Positions 43,410 to 53,712 of a DNA stretch of 64,000 nt are shown one piece after another. A program made the position numbers and the translations under genes. The first letter of the stretch is position 1, and the number at the start of each line of letters is the position of its first letter. Source of the DNA: Patescibacteria group bacterium (GTDB lineage Bacteria; Patescibacteriota; Patescibacteriia; UBA9570); the NCBI GenBank assembly GCA_024277435.1, contig JAJRVJ010000009.1, positions 1,226 to 65,225 on the forward strand. Reading direction: 5' to 3'. The notes beneath the pieces were generated by a model. That model did no database searches. It had not been told where the DNA came from and was given only the letters and a program-made list of their open reading frames with translations.

Positions 43410-43479
43410 TTAATTCAATATTTTGATGTACTGTGAGGAACAGAACTTCTGACGAAACAGTACGCAAAATTTGGATTAA
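43410..43479 (+). other. Long structured hairpin between convergent genes
   Basis: About 23-bp stem with G-U pairs on the + strand, a purine-rich internal loop and an apical CAGA/UCUG stem. Confidence 0.55.
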
Positions 43480-44531
43480 GCTGCGTTGTGGAATACCATT
43501 ACGTCCCCTTCTTGTACTACATATTCCTTACCTTCCATGCGGATTTGCCCAGCATCTTTTGCAGCAGACCAACTACCTGCTTCAAGTAATACATCCCATT
43601 GAATAACTTCAGCCCGAATAAATTTTTCTTCAAAATCAGAATGAATAACTCCAGCAGCTTCTGGAGCCATCGCACCTTTACGCACAGTCCAAGCCCGTGT
43701 TTCTTTTTCACCGGTAGTAAAGTAAGACATTAATTCTAGCAATTCATAGCCAGCAGCAATAAGTTTATCCAAGCCAGTTTCTTTCATTTCTAATGCATCC
43801 ATCATTTCTTTTGCGTCCTCATCTGATAATTCTGTAAGTTCAGCCTCAATTTTTGCAGATACAACAATTGCTCCTTCAAGTGGAGATTCATTCACACCCT
43901 CATCTACATTCACAACATATAAAAATGGCTTACTCGTTAACAAATTGAGTTGCTTAATAAAATGTGCTTCTTTTTCTGGATCTAACTCAACACTGTTGAC
44001 TAACTTACCTTCTTGAAGAGCTGGTAATACTTTATCAATTACGGCTAATTCTGCTATTGCGTCTTTATCTTGGCCACGTGCTTTATTTTCTACTTTAATA
44101 CGATGCTTTTCTAGTAATTCAACATCAGCCATAACTAACTCTGTATTAATTACATCAATGTCGGAAGTAGGATTTACCTCACCATGCACATGAACTACAT
44201 TTTCATCTGTAAAGTAACGAACTACTTGAATGATTGCATCCACTTCACGAATGTTTGATAAAAATTTATTTCCAAGCCCCTCCCCTTTATGCGCTCCAGC
44301 CACTAATCCAGCAATATCTACAAACTCAATAGCAGCCGGAATAATTTTTTTTGTGCCCGACATTTTCGATAACTTATCTAAGCGCTCATCAGGCACAGCA
44401 ACAACGCCCACGTTAGGGTCTATCGTGCAGAATGGATAATTACTCGCCTCTACTTGTACCTTTGTTAGAGCGCGAAATAAGGTTGATTTTCCTACGTTGG
44501 GCAAGCCAACAATACCAATTTGTAATGCCAT
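43476..44531 (-). CDS. ychf: Ribosome-binding ATPase YchF
   Basis: [37 protein letters not shown]. Confidence 0.98.
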   Translation of the reverse strand: MALQIGIVGLPNVGKSTLFRALTKVQVEASNYPFCTIDPNVGVVAVPDERLDKLSKMSGTKKIIPAAIEFVDIAGLVAGAHKGEGLGNKFLSNIREVDAIIQVVRYFTDENVVHVHGEVNPTSDIDVINTELVMADVELLEKHRIKVENKARGQDKDAIAELAVIDKVLPALQEGKLVNSVELDPEKEAHFIKQLNLLTSKPFLYVVNVDEGVNESPLEGAIVVSAKIEAELTELSDEDAKEMMDALEMKETGLDKLIAAGYELLELMSYFTTGEKETRAWTVRKGAMAPEAAGVIHSDFEEKFIRAEVIQWDVLLEAGSWSAAKDAGQIRMEGKEYVVQEGDVMVFHNAA

Positions 44532-44549
44532 AGGGGTCTATAATAACAC

Positions 44550-44574
44550 AAAAGAGGGCTTTGCATACCCTCTA
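44550..44574 (-). terminator. Putative terminator of glyA
   Basis: agaggg...ccctct hairpin followed by T-rich sequence on the minus strand. Confidence 0.45.
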
Positions 44575-44597
44575 TGTGCGTAAACTACTAGTAAATC

Positions 44598-45845
44598 CTA
44601 TTCGAACTCTGGATAGAGTGGGAATTTATTTGTTAGCTCAACTACTTCTTTAGCAATCTCTTGCTTAATTGCTTCATTTTCATGGTTCTTCAATGCCTTA
44701 AGAATCATTGCAGCAATTTGCTTCATTTCAGGCTCCTTCATACCACGCGTGGTTACCGGAGGCGTACCTAAACGAATACCAGATGGATCCATTGGCTTGC
44801 GTGGATCATCAGGAATTGTATTCATATTTAATGTAATACGCACTTCATCAAGAACCGTTTGTGCAATTTTACCGGTAATACCAAGTGGGGTAACATCAGC
44901 CAGGATAAGATGATTTTCGGTAATTTCACCAAACATCACTTTTAAGCCGCCAGCTTTTAGTTCATCACACAATACCTTAGCGTTCACTTTTACTTGCTTA
45001 GCGTACTCTTTGAATTCAGGCTTCATGGCTTCACCAAGTGCAACGGCCAGCGCAGCAATTTGATGATCATGTGGACCACCTTGTAAGCCTGGAAAAACCG
45101 CTTTATCAATAGCCTTCGCATGTTCTTTCTTACACATAATCATTCCACCGCGCGGACCACGTAATGTTTTATGCGTAGTAGTAGAAACCACGTCAAAAAT
45201 TGGTACTGGATTATTCAATTCACCTGCAGCTATTAATCCAGCAATATGTGCAATATCTGCCATGGTTAAAGCACCAACTTCATCAGCAATTTCTTTAAAC
45301 TTGGTGTAATCCAAATCACGAGAGTAGGCAGAAAATCCAGCCACAATAAGTTTTGGCTTATGCTCTAATGCCATAGCTCGTAAATTATCAAAATCAATCA
45401 AACCATCTTCACCAGTTTTATAACGAACAAAGTTGAAAATCTTCGCCATAAATGTAACTGGATGACCATGGGTAAGATGTCCGCCATGTGATAAATCCAT
45501 ACCAAGCACAGTGTCACCTGGCTCTAGCAATGCTGCATATACAGCAAGGTTAGCTGGCGCACCAGATAATGGCTGTACATTTACATGCTCCGCGTTAAAT
45601 AATTCTTTTGCCCGTTCAATGGCCATAGTTTCAATTTGATCCACCCATTCCTGACCACCATAATACCGTTTTCCAGAATATCCTTCAGAATACTTATTCG
45701 TCATGATGCTTCCTAGAGCCTCCAATACAGGTACAGAGACGAAATTCTCCGATGGAATAAGCTCAATATTGTTACGTTGACGTTGGAGCTCGCCCTTGAT
45801 AAACTGGGCAATCTCTGGATCTTGTTTAGTGAGATATTCGAGCAT
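44598..45845 (-). CDS. glyA: Serine hydroxymethyltransferase
   Basis: LIPSEN, NKYSEGY, GGHLTHG, TTTHKTLRGPRGG. Confidence 0.98.
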   Translation of the reverse strand: MLEYLTKQDPEIAQFIKGELQRQRNNIELIPSENFVSVPVLEALGSIMTNKYSEGYSGKRYYGGQEWVDQIETMAIERAKELFNAEHVNVQPLSGAPANLAVYAALLEPGDTVLGMDLSHGGHLTHGHPVTFMAKIFNFVRYKTGEDGLIDFDNLRAMALEHKPKLIVAGFSAYSRDLDYTKFKEIADEVGALTMADIAHIAGLIAAGELNNPVPIFDVVSTTTHKTLRGPRGGMIMCKKEHAKAIDKAVFPGLQGGPHDHQIAALAVALGEAMKPEFKEYAKQVKVNAKVLCDELKAGGLKVMFGEITENHLILADVTPLGITGKIAQTVLDEVRITLNMNTIPDDPRKPMDPSGIRLGTPPVTTRGMKEPEMKQIAAMILKALKNHENEAIKQEIAKEVVELTNKFPLYPEFE

Positions 45846-45959
45846 TGACTTAAGATTTAAGTATTAATTAAGGTTGAATTGTAGCACATATTATCAATAA
45901 TGTCATGAAACAATTTTGTGTTCTTCCAACCCATACATAGTATCTTATAGTAATAGTCA

Positions 45960-46304
45960 GAATATATGAAAAAAATGTACTTTTCTTTTGGATAGCAAAA
46001 AGCGCAGGCACAAGCATTCATTCAGTATTAGAGAAATATGATTATCCCTTATTAAAGTTACCGAAGGATTATAAACAATTTACTAATAGCGGATTTATTA
46101 CATCGCTTTTCCCTTCGCTACAACAAAAAACTTACCTTTCTTCCACTGCCAAAATTGGGTAATTTCAATGCGATTGACCTAAGTCAAGCTAACCCACAAG
46201 TTGATTGGCTCACCAACGATAATGGAAATTTACTCGTTGACTTTGTTGGCAAAATGGAAACATTATCCGCTAATGCAAATACTGCATTTGATTACACATT
46301 TTAG
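45960..46304 (+). pseudogene. Decayed sulfotransferase (Sulfotransfer_2-like) remnant
   Basis: One frame reads NVLFFWIAKSAGTSIHSVL (5'-PSB-like motif); another reads PQVDWLTNDNGNLLVDFVGKMETL. The middle is missing and no start codon is evident. Confidence 0.6.
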
Positions 46305-46384
46305 GAAATTTAGGTGTGAATACCGGGCTTACTTGAATCAGAGAAACCAACACACTCCCCGATGCAATCACATCTCTACGTTAA

Positions 46385-46885
46385 CTATCGACGCGGTACT
46401 CGATCTATCGATCGCCCAACTTCGACTAATCGTATTTGATAAGCTGCTAATATTTCTGTTCTTAGTTTAGAAAATATTTGATTCACACGTTCCGCCTCTT
46501 GATTTAAAGTAACTTGCCCAGATTCTGGAATAACTCCATCGTGCTTTATTTTCATTTCTGTATATAATGCATGTAGATATGCAGCCAATAATTCCGCTAC
46601 CGACCCAATTTCTTCTTGATCCCGTACTATGGTAAAAACCTCATCCCACATCGAATCATCATTTACTTTCTCAATAAGATTCTCTTCAATATAATCATCA
46701 ACTGCCATTTGATCTCCCCCATCATAAAAAAGATATGGCGAAACGTAATTATAAAAATATTCCTCCAGTTTTTCTCTTGCTAAGACAATTAATGCTCTTC
46801 GTAATAATTGAGCTTCCTCATGTAAAAAATTATCACCATCATCTACTGGTAATGTTTGTTCTAATTCCTGAAGAAATTGAGACAT
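46385..46885 (-). CDS. Acidic hypothetical protein co-transcribed with elp3
   Basis: 166-aa ORF starting 1 nt after the elp3 stop. Confidence 0.7.
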   Translation of the reverse strand: MSQFLQELEQTLPVDDGDNFLHEEAQLLRRALIVLAREKLEEYFYNYVSPYLFYDGGDQMAVDDYIEENLIEKVNDDSMWDEVFTIVRDQEEIGSVAELLAAYLHALYTEMKIKHDGVIPESGQVTLNQEAERVNQIFSKLRTEILAAYQIRLVEVGRSIDRVPRR

Positions 46886-46886
46886 A

Positions 46887-48497
46887 CTAGAGTGATTTTA
46901 CCATATACTCTTCGGCTAATTCATAGCCAAGCTTCTCGTAATATTTTCGTACACCAACACCGGCAATTACTGCCGATTTTTTGAATCCTTTTTCTTTTGC
47001 CACCATCTCGGCTTCAGCCATAAGTTTTCTACCCAACCCACGATGCTGCGCTGCCTTACTTACTTTATCTGATACTGGAATTAATTGGCCATATACATGG
47101 AGTTCTCGAATAATCGCCGCATCCTGAAGCTCTTCATACCAGTGATGATCTATAGATTGTAACCGTAAACGCACAAAACCAAATAGCTTTGTTCTATCTG
47201 CATTTTCATACGAAATAAAATATTCTGTTCCATCAGATGCTTCATACTCATCAATATATAATTGCGCTTCTTCAATACCAGAAATATCATCGCGTGGCTC
47301 ACGACAACGGATACAATCACACTGTGCGCCCTTATCTTGCATCATCTGGCGTAAATTAGTTACTGTATTTCCGCCCTCAATAGAATTTTCAGGAATATCA
47401 CGGACTAATCTTTCAATTCGACAATAATAAGGAACCTCATTTTTAATATCAATTAATAAATCTGTCAACGTTTGCTCTGAATATGATTTATAACGCCCTG
47501 CTTTCCAATGGCGATACAGTGGTGCAGATTTTACTACTACACAAGGATAAATTTTAATGTGATCGGGCTGATACGCTGGATCTGAAAAAATAGTTTTAAT
47601 ATCATGCAAATCAGTTTCAGGTATTGCCCCCGGTAAGTTTTGCATCATGTGATAGGTAATTTTAATCCCGGCTTCTTTCAATAACTTAGTTGCCTGTTGC
47701 ACACCCTCATTTGTTTGATCACGCAGCGTTAAAGCTAATACATGCTTATTTAATGTTTGCACACCAATTTGCATACGGGTAGCACCAAACCAGCGCAACC
47801 GCTTTACTTCTGCCTCATCAATATGATCTGGTCGAGTTTCTAACGTACAACCAATCACTCTATATTTTGCTATTTCATTTAAACGCTTGGCCTCTTCAAG
47901 TGTTTCTGCACCATCCGGCCGCTCATCTAAATTAAAGCCATCGTAACAACGCTTCATGAACCATTCTTGATAATCATTTGGATACGCTGTCCAAGTTCCT
48001 CCCAATACAATTAATTCACACTTTTCTGGAATGTGTCCATTACGCTCCAATGCCTCAATGCGTTTTGTTACTTGTTCATACGGATCAAACTTTAAACGCA
48101 ACGCTCGCATTGCGCCCGGCTCGGTATCAATATAACTCTTCGGCATATTCGATTCGGTTGGACAGTACGTACAACGACCTGGACACTGATACGGTTTCGT
48201 AAGAACTGTAATAGGTGCAATACCAGATAGTGTACGCACACTCCGCACCTGAAGTATTCTCATAAACGCAAAATCCTCTTCCATGTCACCTTGCTCAATC
48301 ATAGTGCGATACTCTTTAAGGATATCTGCGTTCGTAGGCATTTGAATTTTATACTCCTTACATATCTCCGCTTTTACTCGGCGCAATTCCAAAGCATCGC
48401 CAACGCTGCGGTTGATGGATTTCGTAATAATTTCACGCACTGCCTCTACTGGTGACGTTACTTTATTATCTAATTTTGTTACAGGCCCTGTATTCAT
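46887..48497 (-). CDS. elp3: tRNA uridine(34) acetyltransferase Elp3 (radical SAM + KAT)
   Basis: RTLSGIAP, CPGRCTYCP, PKSY, ETRPD, KIYP, RELHVYG, QHRGLG, GVRKYY. Confidence 0.95.
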   Translation of the reverse strand: MNTGPVTKLDNKVTSPVEAVREIITKSINRSVGDALELRRVKAEICKEYKIQMPTNADILKEYRTMIEQGDMEEDFAFMRILQVRSVRTLSGIAPITVLTKPYQCPGRCTYCPTESNMPKSYIDTEPGAMRALRLKFDPYEQVTKRIEALERNGHIPEKCELIVLGGTWTAYPNDYQEWFMKRCYDGFNLDERPDGAETLEEAKRLNEIAKYRVIGCTLETRPDHIDEAEVKRLRWFGATRMQIGVQTLNKHVLALTLRDQTNEGVQQATKLLKEAGIKITYHMMQNLPGAIPETDLHDIKTIFSDPAYQPDHIKIYPCVVVKSAPLYRHWKAGRYKSYSEQTLTDLLIDIKNEVPYYCRIERLVRDIPENSIEGGNTVTNLRQMMQDKGAQCDCIRCREPRDDISGIEEAQLYIDEYEASDGTEYFISYENADRTKLFGFVRLRLQSIDHHWYEELQDAAIIRELHVYGQLIPVSDKVSKAAQHRGLGRKLMAEAEMVAKEKGFKKSAVIAGVGVRKYYEKLGYELAEEYMVKSL

Positions 48498-48556
48498 AAG
48501 CTACGGAAGGATACTGTAAATACACGAATAAATCAAGATACCCTTATACTACGGCT

Positions 48557-49180
48557 CTATGTAAGCTGCATTAACTGAATAGCATCTCCTATACGAGGAT
48601 TATAATATAGATAGTAATGAAAATCCGCCAATATAAATTCACTAGCACTCATCTGGCCAACAAATTCATAACCCTCCATTGGCGAAGTGAATCCATGCTG
48701 CACAGGCAACGGATACAGTCCAAAAAATACTCCTCTCCCCCTACCTTTAGATCCTGCATTGCAGTATATACTAAACTCTGCCAATTATTGTATTCAGCAT
48801 TATTCGTATCAATTACAGGTTGCGGTGGAACAGCAGCTGGCCAATCATAATCCGTAAATGCACATACCCCTTTGGCAACTTATCCGCGTATCCTGCAATT
48901 AGCTCCTCAAATGGAGCAATCTCTTTTACTGAAAAAGCAATGTCAGCAACCTTACCGTTTGTGTAAGAAATTTCTACCTCCTCAAGATCTGGCGCCTCCC
49001 AATATAATAACGGTAGCCGACCGCTCCACGCTGGACTTACTAATTGCAAATCAATCCAACACAATGGCGCAATCTTATCTTATAAGTGCTCAAATCCCTA
49101 TTGAAACACATCATTCCATTCAGGAAATAAGGTTGAGTGTTCGGCTCGTCTTTAAATGAATATGTAGTAAACATTTTCAT
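48557..49180 (-). pseudogene. Multiply disrupted hypothetical gene
   Basis: Stitched reading MKMFTT...FPEWNDVFQ*GFEHL*DKIAPLCWIDL...(frameshift)...FVGQMSASEF...YLYYNP...QLMQLT*. Confidence 0.55.
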
Positions 49181-49252
49181 AATGGTTGTACATGTTCTCT
49201 AACATTATCTATACTACCACATATACGGCCCACTAAAAGATGGCTAAGAATT

Positions 49253-50002
49253 ATGAATAAAGAATTTGCCGACAATCTCATCAAACAAATGGAGCAAGAT
49301 TACGATGCGATTGCTGATCATTTCTCGCAAACTCGCCAGGCGCCCTGGCCTGAATTTGATATTATTGAAAAGCTCGTTAATCCAGTAGCTTCAATTCATG
49401 AATTGAAGCTACTGGATATTGGCTGTGGCTCGGGTAGATTATCAGAAATTCAAAAGAACATTGCCGGATGCACATACACTGGCATTGATCTTTCTAATGA
49501 ACTTTTAGAATTAGGACGCAAACAATATCCCGATGTAAATTTTATACATGGCTCAATGCTAGAACTACCATTTAAAGATAACTCCTTTGATTTCATTACA
49601 GCTATAGCAAGCCTGCAACACATCCCTTCTCGGCAGTATCAAATTCAAGCCTTGCAAGAAATGGCTCGCGTTGCAAAAACTAGTGCCACATTATTTATGA
49701 CCAACTGGAATCTCTATCAAGATGTAATGCCAGATTACTTCACTTCAGCTAAAAAAGCTTTTGGAGATGAGTGGGAAGAAGGTGACACCCTCGTGCCATG
49801 GAAAGATAAGTATGGAAAAATTCAGGCCACTCGGTACTATCACAGCTTTAAGGAAAAAGAGATGGCTGAACTACTCGAAACTAGTGGCTGGAACATTCAA
49901 GAGCAATACTATATGGCACGCAGTAAACGCACCAACAGTGCAAAAGGATTCAATCTTGTAACTATCGCAAAAAACCATAAAAACAAGATAGATAGTACGT
50001 AG
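49253..50002 (+). CDS. Trm9/ALKBH8-like SAM-dependent methyltransferase
   Basis: YDAIADHFSQTRQAPWP, LDIGCGSGR, IASLQHI, DTLVPW and RYYHSF match recalled Trm9 signatures. Confidence 0.8.
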   Translation: MNKEFADNLIKQMEQDYDAIADHFSQTRQAPWPEFDIIEKLVNPVASIHELKLLDIGCGSGRLSEIQKNIAGCTYTGIDLSNELLELGRKQYPDVNFIHGSMLELPFKDNSFDFITAIASLQHIPSRQYQIQALQEMARVAKTSATLFMTNWNLYQDVMPDYFTSAKKAFGDEWEEGDTLVPWKDKYGKIQATRYYHSFKEKEMAELLETSGWNIQEQYYMARSKRTNSAKGFNLVTIAKNHKNKIDST

Positions 50003-50062
50003 AAATACTATAGATGCTACTATGACGGCGTTATTACACGATCAATAATTACCCATTCACAT

Positions 50063-50815
50063 ATGCATGAAAATCTATTACTCAAAGCTGGCTTAACTGA
50101 TAACCAAGTACGTATTTACGATCTCTTACTCCGTAAAGGGCCAGCCACCGCCGCTGAGCTAACCGAAGTCACTAAGATGCAACGCGGAAGCGTATATTAT
50201 GTTCTTGATAGTTTAATAGCAGAAGAACTCATTGAAAAAACCAAGCGAGGTGCAAAAACACTCTTTCAAGCGGCACATCCAACTGTATTAATGGAGTATA
50301 TTAATCGCAAAAAAAAATACAATTGAGCAAGTTGAAAACTCATTAAGTACAGCCATGCCAAGCATGATAGAAAACTATAAATTATCTAACAAGCTACCAG
50401 GTGTATATGCTTTAGAGGGTAAGAAGGTATTCAGCGAGCATTCAACGAATTACTAAAAGATAACTTACCAATTTTAGCTATTGAGGATACAGGTATTTTA
50501 TACGATTTAATGCCAGCATATGAAGAAGAATTCATGAGGCAAACAGTTGCCATGAAACATAAAAATCGCTCCGTCATTCCCTCAAGTAATCAACGCGTAT
50601 TCAAAGATGAAGAAAAAGCATGGGAGTATCGAAGTATCGATGTTGAAAAATTTCCATTTAAAATGGATATCACCATAACAGATAAACGTGTAATTATTAG
50701 TTCGGTTCAAGAAAAAACTGCCATTGGTGTAGTAATTATTCATGATGAAATTATCAGAAACTTCAAAATATTATTTGAAGTATTATGGTCTATTGGAAAA
50801 CCAGACGCAGTATAA
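50063..50815 (+). pseudogene. TrmB-family regulator broken by two compensating frameshifts
   Basis: Extra A in the A9 run 50309-50317 and a missing base near 50421. The intervening frame reads IEQVENSL...KLPGVYALEG; total span is 251 codons. Confidence 0.75.
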
Positions 50816-50869
50816 TATACAGCTAGTTACTAGGGGTAACTACAAATAACTATTCGACATACATATATA

Positions 50870-50898
50870 TTGTCAAAATAGGGTTATTTAGGTATACT
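50870..50898 (+). promoter_or_regulatory. Sigma70 promoter
   Basis: TTGTCA-17 nt-TATACT upstream of ATG 50912. Confidence 0.6.
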
Positions 50899-50911
50899 TA
50901 TCTGCATAATC

Positions 50912-52309
50912 ATGAAACAAAAGGTCGCTCAAACTTTACCCCTAATGCTAACGTTTAGTGCAGTACTCACTCTCGGTGTACTGTTTTTTTCGTTTACAGC
51001 AGTAGATGCCGCCTTAGAAATTAATGATGAAACTACGCCGCCAGAAACAACCACAGAAACTAAAGAAAAAACAAAACGTACCAATGCTGAAATTAATAAA
51101 AAGGATACCGATTCGATAAAAAAAGATTCGCCTAAAATAGAATCTACAAAAAATGTCGTTCAATCAGATACGGATGAACAATCAAGTACCCTAAAAGTAT
51201 ATGAAGATACCTACACTGTTGCTGGGGAAACAATAGAACTGAATGGGTATTTTAAAAATGATGTTATCGTTGCCGGGAATAACGTTACGATTTCTGGAGT
51301 TGTAGAAGGTGATGTAATTTCAGCTGCTGCTAATATTACAATCGATGCCGTTATAAGTGGCGACGCACGACTAGCTGGTGGAAATATTACCATCCAAAAT
51401 GTGATAGAACGCAATGCAACGGTATTCGGCGGAAGAGTTATTATAGAAGACAGTGCCAATATCCAGCGTGATCTTTTTGTACAGGCCGGAGACCTCCTCA
51501 TTGAGGGGGGTATTGATGGTGAGATTTCTGGAAGTGCTGGCAATACAATAATTGATGCGCCAGTTAACGGTGATGTGTATTTCAAAAGTGTCGGAAATTT
51601 ACGCTTACGCTCTAACGCAAAAATTAATGGCGATCTATATTATTCCTCCGCACAGCAAGTTGTAGCTGATGATATAGCTATTATTAATGGTGAAACAGTC
51701 TACTCACCGCCACTAGTTGAACCAAGAGAACAAACATCAAAATTCACACTATGGTTTTGGGTTCGTAAAGTAACCGGACTATTTGGATTGTGGTTATTGG
51801 GTATTGTTGTATTGAATGTACTTAAACGAAAATCTGTTGCTGTAGTAAAACATATGCTTGCTTATGTAGGACAAAGTATGGGGTGGGGCGTAATATACGT
51901 ATTCACTGTCCCGGCCGTACTTACAGTGCTATTAATTACTCTTGTAGGAATACCTTTAAGTATCTTTGGATTACTATTATTTGGAGCATCGCTGTACTTA
52001 GCAAAAATTTATATTGGCACAGCCATTGGTAAGCTTATATTCTCAAAACAACAATCAATGATTTGGCCAATGCTCGCCGGTGTAACTATTTACTACATCC
52101 TCATTGAAGGCCTAGGATTGCTGCCATTCCCATGGCTTATTGCTGGATCACTTGTAAATGCAATTGGTATTATCTGGGCTGCCGGTGGAATCGTGTTGTA
52201 CTTACGAGATCGTATGCGCGAACACAATGCTAAACCATCCATCAAACACCGTAAGAACAAAACAACCAAGTCCGTTAAAAACAAAAAGACAAAGCCAGTT
52301 AATCTGTAA
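50912..52309 (+). CDS. Bactofilin-like beta-helix repeat protein with C-terminal multi-TM domain
   Basis: Signal peptide, repeated AG-x-x-I-x-I-x-G-x-V-x-GD units, then LITLVGIPL-type TM helices. Confidence 0.75.
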   Translation: MKQKVAQTLPLMLTFSAVLTLGVLFFSFTAVDAALEINDETTPPETTTETKEKTKRTNAEINKKDTDSIKKDSPKIESTKNVVQSDTDEQSSTLKVYEDTYTVAGETIELNGYFKNDVIVAGNNVTISGVVEGDVISAAANITIDAVISGDARLAGGNITIQNVIERNATVFGGRVIIEDSANIQRDLFVQAGDLLIEGGIDGEISGSAGNTIIDAPVNGDVYFKSVGNLRLRSNAKINGDLYYSSAQQVVADDIAIINGETVYSPPLVEPREQTSKFTLWFWVRKVTGLFGLWLLGIVVLNVLKRKSVAVVKHMLAYVGQSMGWGVIYVFTVPAVLTVLLITLVGIPLSIFGLLLFGASLYLAKIYIGTAIGKLIFSKQQSMIWPMLAGVTIYYILIEGLGLLPFPWLIAGSLVNAIGIIWAAGGIVLYLRDRMREHNAKPSIKHRKNKTTKSVKNKKTKPVNL

Positions 52310-52321
52310 TTATTTTAAATC

Positions 52322-53692
52322 ATGAAAGTTGCTAGTCACATTTATAAAGCCTACGATATTCGAGGCATCTACGGAACAGAACTTACTGAAGAAGTTACTT
52401 ATAAAACTGCTCGAGCGTACGCTCAGCTCATGAAAAAAGAAAACGCGGATACACAATTAACAATAGCTGTTGGCGCTGATATGCGCATATCAACCCCTGT
52501 ATTGCAACCCGAAGTACTTCGTGGCTTAACTGATGAAGGTATTAACGTTGTTGATGTTGGATTAGTATCCACACCCGCATTTTACTATGCCGTTGCCAAA
52601 TATGAATACGATGGTGGGATTATGGTTACTGCCTCCCATAACCCTAAAGAATATAATGGATTAAAATTTGTGCGTGCTGACGTAAAGCCAGTAAGTATGG
52701 ATAATGGTATTGCGAAAATTCGAGACGCAGTAATTGCTGATAATCTGGGTGATATCATTGGTGGTGGAACAGTAGAAAAAAAAGACGGAATTGTTGAGGA
52801 ACATGCTAAATATGAAGTGGACTGGGTAGGTATCAATAATATTAAACCACTACGCATAATAGCTGATGCCGCAAACTCAATGGGTGCCACATACGTACGT
52901 GCTATGTTCTCACATCTACCCTGTGAATTAATTGAAATGAACTTCGAACTCGATGGAAATATGCCCTCTCATGAAGCTGATCAATTCAAGGAAGAAAATA
53001 ATGCAGCATTAATGCAGCAAGTTGTAGAGCGTAAAGCTGATTTAGGAATTGCTACCGATGGTGATGGTGACCGAATCTTTTTTATCGACAGTGAAGGAAA
53101 TATGATTGAGCCTGCTATTATCCGTGGATTAATTGCTCAATTAGTACTAGAACGTGAACCAGGATCAACTATTTGTTACGATATTCGCCCAGGACGCATT
53201 ACCCGAGACATGATTATAGAGGCTGGCGGAAAACCATCAGTAACTAAAGTAGGACATTCATTTATTAAAGCTCAAGCCATTGAGGAAGGCGCTGCCTTTG
53301 CTGGTGAATCTTCCGGACATTTCTTTATGCGTACAGAATTAGGTGTATTTGAAACACCGGTTATCGTAGCCATGATGTTATTACAATACTTCAGCAGAAG
53401 TAATGAATCTATCGCCGATCAAGTACGGCCATTTAGAAAATACTCACACTCTGGTGAAATTAATTCTGAAGTTGAAGAAAAAGAAACTATGGTACAAAAA
53501 CTAAAAGATACATACGGTAAGGATGCTAAAAACGTATCTGAACTGGATGGCATTACAATTGAATATGAAGACTACTGGTTTAATGTACGACCTTCCAATA
53601 CAGAATCCGTATTACGATTAAATTTAGAAGCTATTTCCGAAGAAGTACAAAAGCAAAAGACTAAGGAAATCCTTAGTATCATTCGAGGTTAA
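52322..53692 (+). CDS. Phosphomannomutase/phosphoglucomutase
   Basis: AYDIRG, TASHNP, DGDGDR, GESSGH, RPSNTE. Confidence 0.95.
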   Translation: MKVASHIYKAYDIRGIYGTELTEEVTYKTARAYAQLMKKENADTQLTIAVGADMRISTPVLQPEVLRGLTDEGINVVDVGLVSTPAFYYAVAKYEYDGGIMVTASHNPKEYNGLKFVRADVKPVSMDNGIAKIRDAVIADNLGDIIGGGTVEKKDGIVEEHAKYEVDWVGINNIKPLRIIADAANSMGATYVRAMFSHLPCELIEMNFELDGNMPSHEADQFKEENNAALMQQVVERKADLGIATDGDGDRIFFIDSEGNMIEPAIIRGLIAQLVLEREPGSTICYDIRPGRITRDMIIEAGGKPSVTKVGHSFIKAQAIEEGAAFAGESSGHFFMRTELGVFETPVIVAMMLLQYFSRSNESIADQVRPFRKYSHSGEINSEVEEKETMVQKLKDTYGKDAKNVSELDGITIEYEDYWFNVRPSNTESVLRLNLEAISEEVQKQKTKEILSIIRG

Positions 53693-53712
53693 TTTTCGAA
53701 GACATTAGCTAT

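Noticed and set aside
43428-43462. Hammerhead ribozyme (CUGUGAG...CGAAAC)
   Set aside because: The core lacks the full CUGANGA, and no separate stem I or NUH cleavage site can be built; kept only as an unexplained hairpin.
46201-46470. 89-aa plus-strand ORF
   Set aside because: Off-frame reading of the sulfotransferase relic that overlaps the convergent gene.
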